DNA of 64,000 bases from a plasmid, in the sequence record CP121101.1; one strand, given 5' to 3'. The translations under genes and the position numbers were made by a program. The number at the start of each line of letters is the position of its first letter. The stretch's first letter is position 1. The notes under the pieces were generated by a model. That model made no database searches, had not been told where the DNA came from, and saw only the letters and a list, made by a program, of their open reading frames with translations. Positions 42,127 through 52,920 of the stretch are shown here, in pieces.

Positions 42127-42402
42127 TTGAACCGGATGCCGGTCCTCACTGATGAAGAAGTGAACACCGTACGGGAATCGTGCCGGCAGCTTGGAGCTAT
42201 CGGCCGGAACCTCAACCAGGTGGCCAGGGCCTTGAACATCGAGTTCAGGGAAAGTGACAAGCTCAAGCAAGAGGCCATCGAAAAACTGGCCGAACGGATC
42301 GACCAGCATTTGGACCATGTGTCTGAGCTGTTCGATAAGACCTGGAGCCGGTGGCACGATTGTCATTTTCAGAAGACGACTGCACCAGTTGATTGGGCGT
42401 AA
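42127..42402 (+). CDS. mobC: mobilisation protein MobC fragment (MobC-IS6100 junction typical of In4-like 3-prime ends lacking the 3-prime CS)
   Basis: MNRMPVLTDEEVNTVRESCRQLGAIGRNLNQVARALNIEFRESDKLKQEAIEKLAERIDQHLDHVSELFDKTW, running into the IRt-derived sequence. Confidence 0.55.
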   Translation: MNRMPVLTDEEVNTVRESCRQLGAIGRNLNQVARALNIEFRESDKLKQEAIEKLAERIDQHLDHVSELFDKTWSRWHDCHFQKTTAPVDWA

Positions 42403-42483
42403 TGGCTGTTGTGCAGCCAGCTCCTGACAGTTCAATATCAGAAGTGATCTGCACCAATCTCGACTATGCTCAATACTCGTGTG
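42358..42483. repeat. inverted partial copy of the integron IRt end (In4-type), abutting IS6100
   Basis: TGTCATTTTCAGAAGACGACTGCACCAGTTGATTGGGCGTAATGGCTGTTGTGCAGCCAGCTCCTGACAGTTCAATATCAGAAGTGATCTGCACC... It is in the orientation opposite to the true IRt at 52254-52278. Confidence 0.65.
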
Positions 42484-43365
42484 GGCTCTGTTGCAAAAAT
42501 CGTGAAGCTTGAGCATGCTTGGCGGAGATTGGACGGACGGAACGATGACGGATTTCAAGTGGCGCCATTTCCAGGGTGATGTGATCCTGTGGGCGGTGCG
42601 CTGGTATTGTCGCTATCCGATCAGCTATCGCGACCTTGAGGAAATGCTGGCGGAACGCGGCATTTCGGTCGACCATACGACGATCTATCGCTGGGTCCAG
42701 TGCTACGCCCCGGAGATGGAGAAGCGGCTGCGCTGGTTCTGGCGGCGTGGCTTTGATCCGAGCTGGCGCCTGGATGAAACCTACGTCAAGGTGCGGGGCA
42801 AGTGGACCTACCTGTACCGGGCAGTCGACAAGCGGGGCGACACGATCGATTTCTACCTGTCGCCGACCCGCAGCGCCAAGGCAGCGAAGCGGTTCCTGGG
42901 CAAGGCCCTGCGAGGCCTGAAGCACTGGGAAAAGCCTGCCACGCTCAATACCGACAAAGCGCCGAGCTATGGTGCAGCGATCACCGAATTGAAGCGCGAA
43001 GGAAAGCTGGACCGGGAGACGGCCCACCGGCAGGTGAAGTATCTCAATAACGTGATCGAGGCCGATCACGGAAAGCTCAAGATACTGATCAAGCCGGTGC
43101 GCGGTTTCAAATCGATCCCCACGGCCTATGCCACGATCAAGGGATTCGAAGTCATGCGAGCCCTGCGCAAAGGACAGGCTCGCCCCTGGTGCCTGCAGCC
43201 CCCGGCATCAGGGGCGAGGTGCGCCTTGTGGAGAGAGCTTTTGGCATTGGGCCCTCGGCGCTGACGGAGGCCATGGGCATGCTCAACCACCATTTCGCAG
43301 CAGCCGCCTGATCGGCGCAGAGCGACAGCCTACCTCTGACTGCCGCCAATCTTTGCAACAGAGCC
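42484..43365 (+). mobile_element. IS6100 (IS6 family), 882 bp
   Basis: Termini GGCTCTGTTGCAAA ... TTTGCAACAGAGCC. Canonical IS6100 is 880 bp, and the extra 2 bp are the CC expansion in tnp. Confidence 0.9.
42545..43311 (+). pseudogene. IS6100 transposase with a 3-prime frameshift
   Basis: MTDFKWRHFQGDVILWAVRWYCRYPISYRDLEEMLAERGISVDHTTIYRWVQCYAPEMEKRLRWFWRRGFDPSWRLDETYVKVRGKWTYLYRAVDKRGDTIDFYLSPTR... matches IS6100 transposase. After RPWCLQP the ORF reads PASGARCALW*. The canonical tail GIRGEVRLVERAFGIGPSALTEAMGMLNHHFAAAA* is in the other frame, after a CC insertion at about 43198-43203. Confidence 0.85.
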
Positions 43366-43627
43366 CGCCGTGCTAGTCTGCTCGGTGATGGTGGAGTGAA
43401 GCCAACCCGCAATCGGGTTATGAATCTGCATCGCGATTCGCAATCAGCTGTCTCTTGAGCATGTCGAACTCCTGCGATGTTATCTCGCCGTGCTCGTGCT
43501 GCTACACCAACTTGTCCAACTCATCCGCCACACCGCTCCCCACCACCTGCGATGGCCAGGTTGTTTGCTGGGCGCATTGGCGGAGTATCGTCTCGACCCG
43601 GGACACCCACACCGGCACAACCTTACG

Positions 43628-46600
43628 GGGGTTCTAGGGATTTTCCGTCCAAAAACGACAAAGTGCTCTGGAGGCCGCGCCGTCCGTGGCCTCCAGAGGG
43701 GTATTACTTTTCGCTGACGGGTAAATATCCCTCGATTGAGCGCATAAGCTCCTCCAGATCTGGCAATTTTTCGCTCAATTCGAAGTGGTAAGTCCCCTTG
43801 AGGTTAATGTTGTGCCAGGCCACAGGGGATGCCTGTTTGACGATATCTATTCTCTTGGTATCTCCTTGGTATTCGAAGCTGGTCAACAGCTGGCTGAGTA
43901 TCCTGGAGTTGAAGTAAACGATGGCATTGGTGACCAGGCGAGCGCACTCATTCCATAGCTGGATTTCTTCGTCTGAACTGCCCCGGAACTGATCCCCATT
44001 GACGCTGCTCACGGCCCGACGCAGTTGGTGATAGGCCTCTCCCCGGTTCAGCGCGCGCTGAACATAGTTTCTTAAACTGGCATCATCGATGTAGCACAGT
44101 AGATAATTCGCTTTCACCAGGCGATTGTATTCCGTCAGGGCTTCCAGCAGCGGGTGATTGCGCTTGTACTCCGAGAGCTTTCTCACCAAGGTGGCTTGCG
44201 TTGCGTTGTTTTCCGCTGCTTAAGTGATACTGCAATCCGTTGGATGGTATCCCAGTGCTGCGCAATACGATGGGTATTGATTGGCTTTTTTAAGCACAGC
44301 TGAATTCGGTGTTCTTTGTCTTCCTTGACATCAAACATGTCATTGATCACTTTGCCAACCTGGGCATAGCGTGGGGCAAACTGGTATCCGAACAGATCCA
44401 GTAACGCGAAGTTCACATGGTTCACCCCATGGGTATCGGTTGAGAGCACATCCGGAATGATGTCTGACGTATTGCTCATCAACAAATCAAAGATGTAGTG
44501 CGATTCATGTTCGTTGGCGCCGATCACTCTGGCGTTGATCGCAGCGTGATTGGCGATCAAGGTCATGGCAGAAACACCTTTTTGAGTGCCAAAGTACTTC
44601 GACGAATAACGGGTTTTGAAGGTCTCGCGCCGGGCTTCGAACTTTTGACCATCGGCACTGGCGTGGATCACATCTTCCTGGATGTTGTAGTACCGGAAGA
44701 TGGGTAGCTTGGCTGTCGCGTTATTGATGTTGTCGTTAGCAGCATTCAATGTTTCCAGGCGAAGATAGTTCGCCTGGATAGTGCTGAGCTGATCATAGGT
44801 ACGATCAGAGATCTGTGCCATGCCGTAAATGCCTTGATTGGTTGCATTGCCGACCAGAATTGCCAACAGGTCATATTCATGGGAACGGCTTCTGGATTGG
44901 GAACCCAGCACATGAGCGAAGCAGTCAATGAAACCGGTGTCACGATCAACCATGCGCAGTACATCCGCAATCCCCGTTGTGGGAATTTGCTGGAAGAAGG
45001 GATTGTTGACCAGATGATGTTTGCTGGCCGAAGGCAGGCGCCAGAAGCGTTTACCCTGCGGATTACGCAAGATGATATTCCGGTTGTCTTCCTGTTCAAG
45101 ATATTCGCCGACTTCGTACAAACGGGTATCCAATTCCATGGCCATCTGTTTGATCAGCTTTTCAGGCTCCTCCGCTAATTTTGTAAAATGGCTCTGTTGA
45201 AGCAGCGTATATTTGTGTTTTTTCGCCAATGTTCCCCGTCGATCAGGTCGGCGTCGAGTGCCCGGTATTTAGTGATATCAGGCAGCGTCAGCTGGCCATT
45301 CAGGCGATCAGGAATCTGTTGATAGAGGAACCACTCATAACGATCGATCAGGATATTCCCTTCACCATCCAGCAGGAATTCACGTGATTTTTTGGAAAGG
45401 AGTCTGGTGTCGGCAGTTTGCAACTGAGCGTCCTGGCCGTTGAGTTCGTTTTGTGTTTTCGCCAAGGCGGCCGCTAAGTGCTGGGTGCCGTCGCAGCCTT
45501 CGAAGCGCAGACATAGGAACAACTCTCGCAGCAAACCTTTCCGCAGACTTTCTTTCTCGTCGCAGTACTGCCACATGGCTTCATCGACCGATCGTCGCTG
45601 CTCGTTCAGGAAGAGACATACAGATTCCAGATCCCTTTTGGTCAGCAGGCTCAGTGCTTGCTGTCTTACTGTTGCAAACGGTAGTTGCAGATCAATGCTG
45701 TCATCAATGAACAGGTGCAGTACTTCAGCTGCCTTGCTGACATTTTTAGCTGCTTTTTGCCAATCCTTAAACACCGCTTCCTGCGCATAATCCTTTGCCT
45801 TCTGTTTGGTCTGTCTGACATGATGCACAAAGCCATCGGCAATACGTTCCAGCGCTTGCTGCCATCGCGTTTGAAGATAGCACAATAAATACAGCCATTG
45901 GCTGCCTACGGTTTGACGTTTCAGTTTGGCACCGTAGTAGTCGACTTTCTCTGCCAGGTGTTGCAGATTTTTCTGCGACAGTGATAGCGTGCTCAACAGC
46001 AGATCCACTTCCGGCATCCAATGCTGGATATGGCGATAGACAATCAGTTCTTTCTCCAACTCGGTTCCGGTGAAGTTACGAGCCGATTGTCGCAACTGTC
46101 GGAACGGCAGTGGACCTGTGCCGTTCACGAGCTCCGCCAGTGCTTGCTTAAGACCGCGTGACATTGCACGCTCAAGGTGCGCGGCCATGTGTTCCTGTTC
46201 GTCTCCCACCACCTGACTGATGATCTTTTGCAGCGTGCTGTAGGCAGGGATTGCGATCTTCTGCCCCGAACAATATTCAATGGCCGCATCGAAGAGGTGC
46301 CTAGGCGCTGTCCAGGCTCTGGCTTGCTGGGATAAGTAATCTCTCAACGCCGCTCCATGGTCTTTGACATTCCAGCGCTGGTAGTTGCAGAGCTGGAAAA
46401 CACGTTGGTAAATCCGTTCGTTCTCTTTTGGCGTGAGATTAAAGGGTCTACAGCCTGGGCCTGGTAGAACGGTTTGATAAACGTATTTGAGGTCCTGCTT
46501 GATCTGATGAAAGCCGGGATTCAGCACCACCGGCTTGGCTTTGAAATAGCCCAGCAGTACCACCAGCATGTAACGCTGGCCCCGATGACGGAGGCTTTTA

Positions 46601-46869
46601 GCGATCGCCAGTTCCTTATCGTTCAGCGAGAAAAAGAAGCGTTGGTCGGCGGAGGTGAAAGCGGGGGGTCCATATAACTCATCTTGTTCTGCCTCGGACA
46701 AGATTTGACACGTTCTTCGAATGCCATGGATTTAGCCCAAAAAGACTAAATCTTACTCAAACAGAGCCCAAATAGGGATCTCGAAAAAAGTAATACCCCT
46801 CTGGAGGCCACAGACGGCGGGGCCTCCAGAGCACTTTGTCGTTTTTGGACGGAAAATCCCTAGAACCCC
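43628..46869 (-). mobile_element. IS1071-like Tn3-family insertion sequence (tnpA only, 3242 bp) with 5-bp TSD TTACG
   Basis: Terminal IRs of about 80 bp (GGGGTTCTAGGGATTTTCCGTCCAAAAACGACAAAGTGCTCTGGAGGCC...CCTCCAGAGGGGTATTACTTTT) at both ends in inverted orientation. TTACG occurs at 43623-43627 and 46870-46874. It is inserted in the mphR(A)-IS6100 spacer. Confidence 0.8.
43704..46701 (-). pseudogene. tnpA: Tn3-family transposase TnpA (about 1000 aa) split by two frameshifts
   Basis: Three consecutive ORFs (46701-45175, 45229-44183, 44189-43704) together form a Tn3-family TnpA: N-terminal MSEAEQDELYGPPAFTSADQRFFFSLNDKELAIAKSLRHRGQRYMLVVLLGYFKA..., then the DDE core ...VLSTDTHGVNHVNFALLDLFGYQFAPRYAQ... 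and a C-terminal part. The frame changes at about 45175-45229 and 44183-44189. Confidence 0.8.
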
Positions 46870-47050
46870 TTACGGGAGTGATTCACTGTCAAAGAATCGG
46901 CCCGGTGCTCTGACGCAAGTATCGGGATGGTCACCATTTGTAAGCCGTAGACCTGAGTGGTGATCAAGACTTCGATACCACCGACCGTACCGGTACTAAT
47001 CGACGACGGTCGTGTTCGTCGCCTGCCGCAGGGACTCTGCACACCTCCGT

Positions 47051-47635
47051 TTACGCATGTGCCTGGAGGAGTTGGAAATCGTCGTGTTCGGGAAACATTA
47101 AACACAGGATGGCAGCGATCTGAGCCAGCACATGATCAGCTAGCTCACCATCCGGATCGACGGCCCACTGCATCGTCGCGCCAGCGATGACCGAGTGCAG
47201 GAGCAAATCAGCTGCCGCAGGAGCACCTGGGGGCAGTCGCTTGCGGATCCCCTCCACCACCGCGCGGTTCCGCTGGATCGCAAGCGTGCGTAGCTCCGGC
47301 ACCTGGAGCTCGTACCAGGAGATGAGATAGTTCACCGAGAAGTCGTTGCGAGTGTTCATGCTCCGAACGAGCACCTGCAAAAATTCCCAGAGCCCTTGCG
47401 GCCCTGCGCCTATCGGTATCGCATTCAGGTAATGCCGCACCTGCTCGACGCCGCGCTCCATCATCCTCACCAGCAGCGTATCGCGGTTGGTGAAGCGCTG
47501 GATTAACGCTGCGCGGGAGAGCCCCACCTCCTTTGCTACTCCGCTGAGCGTGAACTCTATGGGACCGCAACGCTTCAGCACTACGGTGGCGGCCTCGAGT
47601 ACCTCGTCATCGGACTTGAGCTTGGGGCGGGGCAT
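47051..47635 (-). CDS. mphR(A): TetR-family repressor MphR(A) (194 aa, intact)
   Basis: MPRPKLKSDDEVLEAATVVLKRCGPIEFTLSGVAKEVGLSRAALIQRFTNRDTLLVRMMERGVEQVRHYLNAIP... Confidence 0.9.
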   Translation of the reverse strand: MPRPKLKSDDEVLEAATVVLKRCGPIEFTLSGVAKEVGLSRAALIQRFTNRDTLLVRMMERGVEQVRHYLNAIPIGAGPQGLWEFLQVLVRSMNTRNDFSVNYLISWYELQVPELRTLAIQRNRAVVEGIRKRLPPGAPAAADLLLHSVIAGATMQWAVDPDGELADHVLAQIAAILCLMFPEHDDFQLLQAHA

Positions 47636-48875
47636 CAGTGTTCACCTTCTGTATGGGTTGGGGCGGAGGCTGTGGCTGCCGCCGCCATTGTAGCAAATTG
47701 AAGACGGAGCGAGAGTAGAGCCACGAGCCCCGCAAACACGGCCGATACAACGAGGCCAGGGAGCGGACCAGCAAGGTCGACAAACGCGCCGGCCGCAAGC
47801 ATAACCATGGGCGAGGCTGACAGCATCACCGCCGAGACCGTGCCGAGTACCCGGCCGAGAAGTTCTGGCGGCGTGCGGTTGTAGATGGCAGCGTTGAGAA
47901 TGGGAGAGACTGAGCCGGTCAGCAGTCCCACGAGCGCGCCCAACAACATCAGCACCGGCACGCCTGGCAACTGTGAAAGCAGAAGCGAGCCCACCGCAGA
48001 GCCACAAAATGCCACCGCCAGCCAGTTCTGCGCTGATATCCGGGCGCCGACCGACGCATGAATGGCAATGCCAAGGAGACCACCAGCCCCCATCATTGAG
48101 GAGAACAGCCCGAGCTCTGCTACTTGGCGTCCTGCATCTACAAACAGCGCAGGCATGATGACGCTGCCGTTGGCGCCAACGATGCCCACGAAGATCATCA
48201 CTATACCAAAGAGAGGGCGCAGCAGGGGTTCGCTCCAGAGAAAAGCGACGCCGGCGCGCATGGAGAGAGTCGCCGTCGTGGTCATCGTCCGAGCGGCACG
48301 CGCGGGAAGCACCCACGCGCCGAGCAGACCTGCAAGGACGGAGCAGAACGCCGTCAGCCCGAGCGTTGGCGCAGCGCCAAGCAGGCCGATTGCGGCCCCC
48401 CCAAGGGCCGGGCCACCTAGAATCGCGACGTTCCCGATCACCGCTTTCAGTGACGAGACGCGCTCAACGGAGAGCCCGGCGACGTGGCCGAGTTTGGGCA
48501 GCTCACTGTCCTGCGCGGCCATACCGGGTGCGTCGAACGCGGCACCGAGCACCACGCAAGCGATCAGCCCAGTGTTCGAGAGGGCGCCAACGGCATCGAG
48601 CAGTGGGATGCTCGCCATGGCCACGCCGCCCACCACACCCGAGATCAATGCGACGGGCGCGCGCCCGAACCGATCGACGAGGCCACCACCAACCCACGCG
48701 CCGATGATGGTCGCGCGATGACGCTGCTAGCGGCCGTGGCGCCCGCCCAGGCCGCGCTCTTTGTATGAGACAGGACGAACCATGGAAGCGCGAGGGCCGC
48801 CACCGCGTTGCCGATCCGGAAGAGAAAGGTCGCCGCGAACAGCGTCGCGAGCGGGCTATATCGACGTTCGCTCAT
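47635..48875 (-). pseudogene. mrx: Mrx MFS-type membrane protein of the mph(A) module, frameshifted
   Basis: ORF 48875-48645 (MSERRYSPLATLFAATFLFRIGNAVAALALPWFVLSHTKSAAWAGATAASSVIA...) and ORF 48648-47635 (ISGVVGGVAMASIPLLDAVGALSNTG...) are the two parts of Mrx (412 aa). They are separated by a CG dinucleotide expansion (gtcatcgcgcgacc) at about 48712-48716. Confidence 0.85.
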
Positions 48876-49708
48876 TCCGCTGCGGCGAGCTGCGCCTTCG
48901 CCGCAGCGAGGTACTCTTCGTTACCCGAGTCGAGGGCGAAGAGTGCGTAGGTGACCGCCCCGAACGCAAGGCGCTCCGCGATGTGGTGGGCGAGCCGCGG
49001 CCACACCCGGCCACCGGCCGCTTCATACGTGAGGAGGAGCTTCGCGAGCCCCTCTTCACCAAAGACCATAAGGTGCGCGGCCATGTCGATGGCAGGGTCA
49101 TCAACGCGGGCCTCGCTCCAGTCGATCATCCCGCTGACGCGCTCCGTGTTGTCGATGAGCACATGGCCCACGTAGAGATCGCCATGCACCACCACGGAGA
49201 AATCTGGCCACGACGAATCGTCGTCGAGCCAGCGCTGCCACCGGTGGAGGCGCTTGTCGTTCACCACGAACTCGCGTCGGACGCGGTCAACGTCGTCGGC
49301 CACCTTCTGACGGGCCTGCGTCGGTGTACGGATGAGCATCCCCGCATCCACGGCGGCGGAAATGGGGACGGCATGCAGGGCGGCGAGCGCGGTCGCGAAG
49401 CTCTCCGCGAAGACCTCCGAGTCCTGCGGCACGACCCAGTCGGGCGTGGACGAACCAGGCTGGATGACCATCGCAGTCGAGTCTTCGAGCATGGGATAGG
49501 CAACGAGCTCGGCGTTGGCCACGCGCCAGTCCGGCACCGCGAACGGCAGGCGATTCTTGAGCATTGCCAGCACCCGCGCCTCTGGTTCGACCTTCGCGCT
49601 TACCTCGGCTCGGCGCGGGATGCGCAGCACCCACCGACGTCCATCGTCGACGGTGGCGATCACGATCCTATAGTCGAGCCCAAGCTCATTGACAGTCAGC
49701 GGGCTCAT
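48872..49708 (-). CDS. mph(A): macrolide 2'-phosphotransferase Mph(A) variant with an in-frame 69-bp (23-codon) N-terminal deletion
   Basis: 278 aa, MSPLTVNELGLDYRIVIATVDDGRRWVLRIPRRAEVSAKVEPEARVLAMLKN...LAAAKAQLAAAE. Canonical Mph(A) is 301 aa, MTVVTTADTSQLYALAARHGLKLHGPLTVNELG.... Here the RBS AGGAGTGAATC-ATGA is joined directly to GCCCGCTGACT, removing residues 2-24. Confidence 0.8.
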   Translation of the reverse strand: MSPLTVNELGLDYRIVIATVDDGRRWVLRIPRRAEVSAKVEPEARVLAMLKNRLPFAVPDWRVANAELVAYPMLEDSTAMVIQPGSSTPDWVVPQDSEVFAESFATALAALHAVPISAAVDAGMLIRTPTQARQKVADDVDRVRREFVVNDKRLHRWQRWLDDDSSWPDFSVVVHGDLYVGHVLIDNTERVSGMIDWSEARVDDPAIDMAAHLMVFGEEGLAKLLLTYEAAGGRVWPRLAHHIAERLAFGAVTYALFALDSGNEEYLAAAKAQLAAAE

Positions 49709-49777
49709 GATTCACTCCTGAGGGCTTGACGGGTTTAGCCACCTAAATGTAACAGTCACGTCGGTTATATTCAATCC

Positions 49778-50596
49778 GGCACTGTTGCAAAGTTAGCGAT
49801 GAGGCAGCCTTTTGTCTTATTCAAAGGCCTTACATTTCAAAAACTCTGCTTACCAGGCGCATTTCGCCCAGGGGATCACCATAATAAAATGCTGAGGCCT
49901 GGCCTTTGCGTAGTGCACGCATCACCTCAATACCTTTGATGGTGGCGTAAGCCGTCTTCATGGATTTAAATCCCAGCGTGGCGCCGATTATCCGTTTCAG
50001 TTTGCCATGATCGCATTCAATCACGTTGTTCCGGTACTTAATCTGTCGGTGTTCAACGTCAGACGGGCACCGGCCTTCGCGTTTGAGCAGAGCAAGCGCG
50101 CGACCATAGGCGGGCGCTTTATCCGTGTTGATGAATCGCGGGATCTGCCACTTCTTCACGTTGTTGAGGATTTTACCCAGAAACCGGTATGCAGCTTTGC
50201 TGTTACGACGGGAGGAGAGATAAAAATCGACAGTGCGGCCCCGGCTGTCGACGGCCGGTACAGATACGCCCAGCGGCCATTGACCTTCACGTAGGTTTCA
50301 TCCATGTGCCACGGGCAAAGATCGGAAGGGTTACGCCAGTACCAGCGCAGCCGTTTTTCCATTTCAGGCGCATAACGCTGAACCCAGCGGTAAATCGTGG
50401 AGTGATCGACATTCACTCCGCGTTCAGCCAGCATCTCCTGCAGCTCACGGTAACTGATGCCGTATTTGCAGTACCAGCGTACGGCCCACAGAATGATGTC
50501 ACGCTGAAAATGCCGGCCTTTGAATGGGTTCATGTGCAGCTCCATCAGCAAAAGGGGATGATAAGTTTATCACCACCGACTATTTGCAACAGTGCC
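49778..50596 (-). mobile_element. IS26 copy 1 (819 bp; transposase frameshifted by a 1-bp deletion)
   Basis: GGCACTGTTGCAAAGTTAGCGATGAGGCAGCC... ...ACCGACTATTTGCAACAGTGCC. The Tnp26 ORFs 50551-50156 and 50159-49830 are split at gacggccggtac (about 50255), which has CC where copy 2 has CCC. Confidence 0.9.
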
Positions 50597-50597
50597 C

Positions 50598-51415
50598 TTG
50601 CAAAGTTGCAAATTATGAGGCAGCCTTTTTTATTCAAAGGCCTTACATTTCAAAAACTCTGCTTACCAGGCGCATTTCGCCCAGGGGATCACCATAATAA
50701 AATGCTGAGGCCTGGCCTTTGCGTAGTGCACGCATCACCTCAATACCTTACCTTTGATGGTGGCGTAAGCCGTCTTCATGGATTTAAATCCCAGCGTGGC
50801 GCCGATTATCCGTTTCAGTTTGCCATGATCGCATTCAATCACGTTGTTCCGGTACTTAATCTGTCGGTGTTCAACGTCAGACGGGCACCGGCCTTCGCGT
50901 TTGAGCAGAGCAAGCGCGCGACCATAGGCGGGCGCTTTATCCGTGTTGATGAATCGCGGGATCTGCCACTTCTTCACGTTGTTGAGGATTTTACCCAGAA
51001 ACCGGTATGCAGCTTTGCTGTTACGACGGGAGGAGAGATAAAAATCGACAGTGCGGCCCCGGCTGTCGACGGCCCGGTACAGATACGCCCAGCGGCCATT
51101 GACCTTCACGTAGGTTTCATCCATGTGCCACGGGCAAAGATCGGAAGGGTTACGCCAGTACCAGCGCAGCCGTTTTTCCATTTCAGGCGCATAACGCTGA
51201 ACCCAGCGGTAAATCGTGGAGTGATCGACATTCACTCCGCGTTCAGCCAGCATCTCCTGCAGCTCACGGTAACTGATGCCGTATTTGCAGTACCAGCGTA
51301 CGGCCCACAGAATGATGTCACGCTGAAAATGCCGGCCTTTGAATGGGTTCATGTGCAGCTCCATCAGCAAAAGGGGATGATAAGTTTATCACCACCGACT
51401 ATTTGCAACAGTGCC
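50598..51415 (-). mobile_element. IS26 copy 2, directly abutting copy 1; variant left terminus and a 5-bp duplication near the 3-prime end of tnp
   Basis: Right end ...TATTTGCAACAGTGCC at 51415. Left end begins CTTGCAAAGTTGCAAATTATGAGGCAGCC instead of the canonical GGCACTGTTGCAAAGTTAGCGATGAGGCAGCC. Tnp26 ORF 51370-50735 ends ...TAYATIKGKVLR* because of an extra TTACC at about 50748-50752. Confidence 0.8.
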
Positions 51416-52172
51416 GGCAGGCGACATGCACGAGGCACAGGCCAACCGAAACGGCAGACGGCGCTTCCAGCGTGACGACCATGCCGAGCACGCAGCGGGT
51501 GAACACGTCGATGGCGAGGGTCAGGTACGGGCGGCCAATAGGTTGCCGGTCGCGGTCATCGACCACGATCAGGTCGATGACCGTATGGTCTATCTGCACC
51601 TGCTCCAGCGGCGCGGTCACGGCAGGAGGCTCGCCGCCCACACCTTGTAGGTCACGAGCGGCATCCTGGCCTTCCCGCCGGCGGATGACCTTGCGCGGGT
51701 CAAGGCTAGCGATCCGTAAGGCCACGGTATTGCGCGCCGGCACTCGCAGTTTTTGAGCCTTGCACACCTGAGTGACTTCGCGGTGAAAGGCCGCTAGGCT
51801 GCGCTTCTGCTTGGTCAGGAACCGCTTTTGCAGTAGCTCGTGGATGACGCGCTCGACCGGTTCCGGCAAGCGCCCCTTACCTTTACCTCCACCGGACTGG
51901 CCGGGCACCAGATCCGTCACGAGGCCGCTGCCTTGCCGGGCACGCCGGATCAGAACGTATACCTGGCGCCGAGACAAGCCCAGCGCCTGAGCCGCCATAT
52001 CGGCCGCTTCGTGCCCGACCGTCTCCGACTGCGCCAACGGACTGATGATCTCCGCACGACGGCGCGCACGCTCCCAAGCCTCATCAGGCAGAGTGGCCAC
52101 GCCTTGTTCTGGAATCCGTGGGGTGTCCGTCGCCATGCTCACCTCGCTTTGGTGCACACGAGTATTGAGCAT
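51416..52172 (-). CDS. tniA: TniA (Tn402-family transposase) N-terminal fragment, truncated by IS26
   Basis: MATDTPRIPEQGVATLPDEAWERARRRAEIISPLAQSETVGHEAADMAAQALGLSRRQVYVLIRRARQGSG...IDHTVIDLIVVDDRDRQPIGRPYLTLAIDVFTRCVLGMVVTLEAPSAVSVGLCLVHVA, interrupted at the IS26 end. Confidence 0.8.
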
Positions 52173-52253
52173 AGTCGAGATTGGTGCAGATCACTTCTGA
52201 TATTGAACTGTCAGGAGCTGGCTGCACAACAGCCATTACGCCCAATCAACTGG

Positions 52254-52278
52254 TGCAGTCGTCTTCTGAAAATGACAT
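52254..52278. repeat. IRt of the class 1 integron (outer, correctly oriented copy)
   Basis: GTGCAGTCGTCTTCTGAAAATGACA followed by TCCAT (TSD). Confidence 0.85.
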
Positions 52279-52920
52279 CCATGCCCAGCCCGTGCGCGAG
52301 CTGGATCACCGCCCGCACGATAGTTTGGTCACGGGCATCATCCGGGAGCCTGGCGACAAAGGATTGGTCGATTTTCAATGTGGTGATGGGGCAGCATTTC
52401 AGATGTTGCAGGCAGGAATAGCCGGTGCCGAAGTCGTCGGCGGCGAAGCGCACGCCGATGGCGCGCAAGGCGTCGAAACTGGCGAACAGGGCTGGATTGC
52501 CGAATGCGACCGATTCGGTCAGTTCGATCTCCAGAAGCTCGGCGGGCAGGGCCATATCGGCCAGCACCCGCTTTACCTCGTCGTCGAACGTTGGCCCAAC
52601 CTGGCTGGCGGACACATTGATGGCAAGACGGAACGGTTGCCATGCCGGTCCTTGCCACTTGTGCATCTGGCGACAGGCCTCGCCCAGCACCCACGCGCCT
52701 ATTTCCGGCATCAGGCCGAACGACTCGGCCAGCGGCAGGAACTGGCCGGGCGGCAACAGGCCAAGCCTCGGATGCCGCCAGCGCATCAACGCTTCCGCGC
52801 CAGCGATCCGGTGATCGCGCAGATCGACCAGCGGCTGGTAATGCAGGTCAAGCTGTCCGCGCGCCGCCGCCTGCGCCAACTCGGCCGCCGTCCATCCGGC
52901 GGGCTGCGAACTCGTCATGA
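52279..52920 (-). CDS. urf2: urf2 5-prime remnant (EAL-domain protein N-terminal part) of the Tn21 backbone
   Basis: [85 protein letters not shown]... ends at the integron boundary. Confidence 0.6.

Noticed and set aside
42358-42382. IRt-like 25-bp sequence (TGTCATTTTCAGAAGACGACTGCAC) in the middle of the integron, which could be mistaken for the integron boundary
   Set aside because: It is in inverted orientation and is followed by about 100 bp of IRt-end sequence and then IS6100. This is the In4-type inverse partial duplication of the IRt end. The true IRt with the matching TCCAT duplication is at 52254-52278.
47973-49729. Many long plus-strand ORFs (for example 48062-48721, 48761-49729) antisense to mrx and mph(A)
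   Set aside because: High-GC antisense ORFs with low-complexity Arg/Ala/Pro-rich translations. The minus strand encodes well-known proteins.
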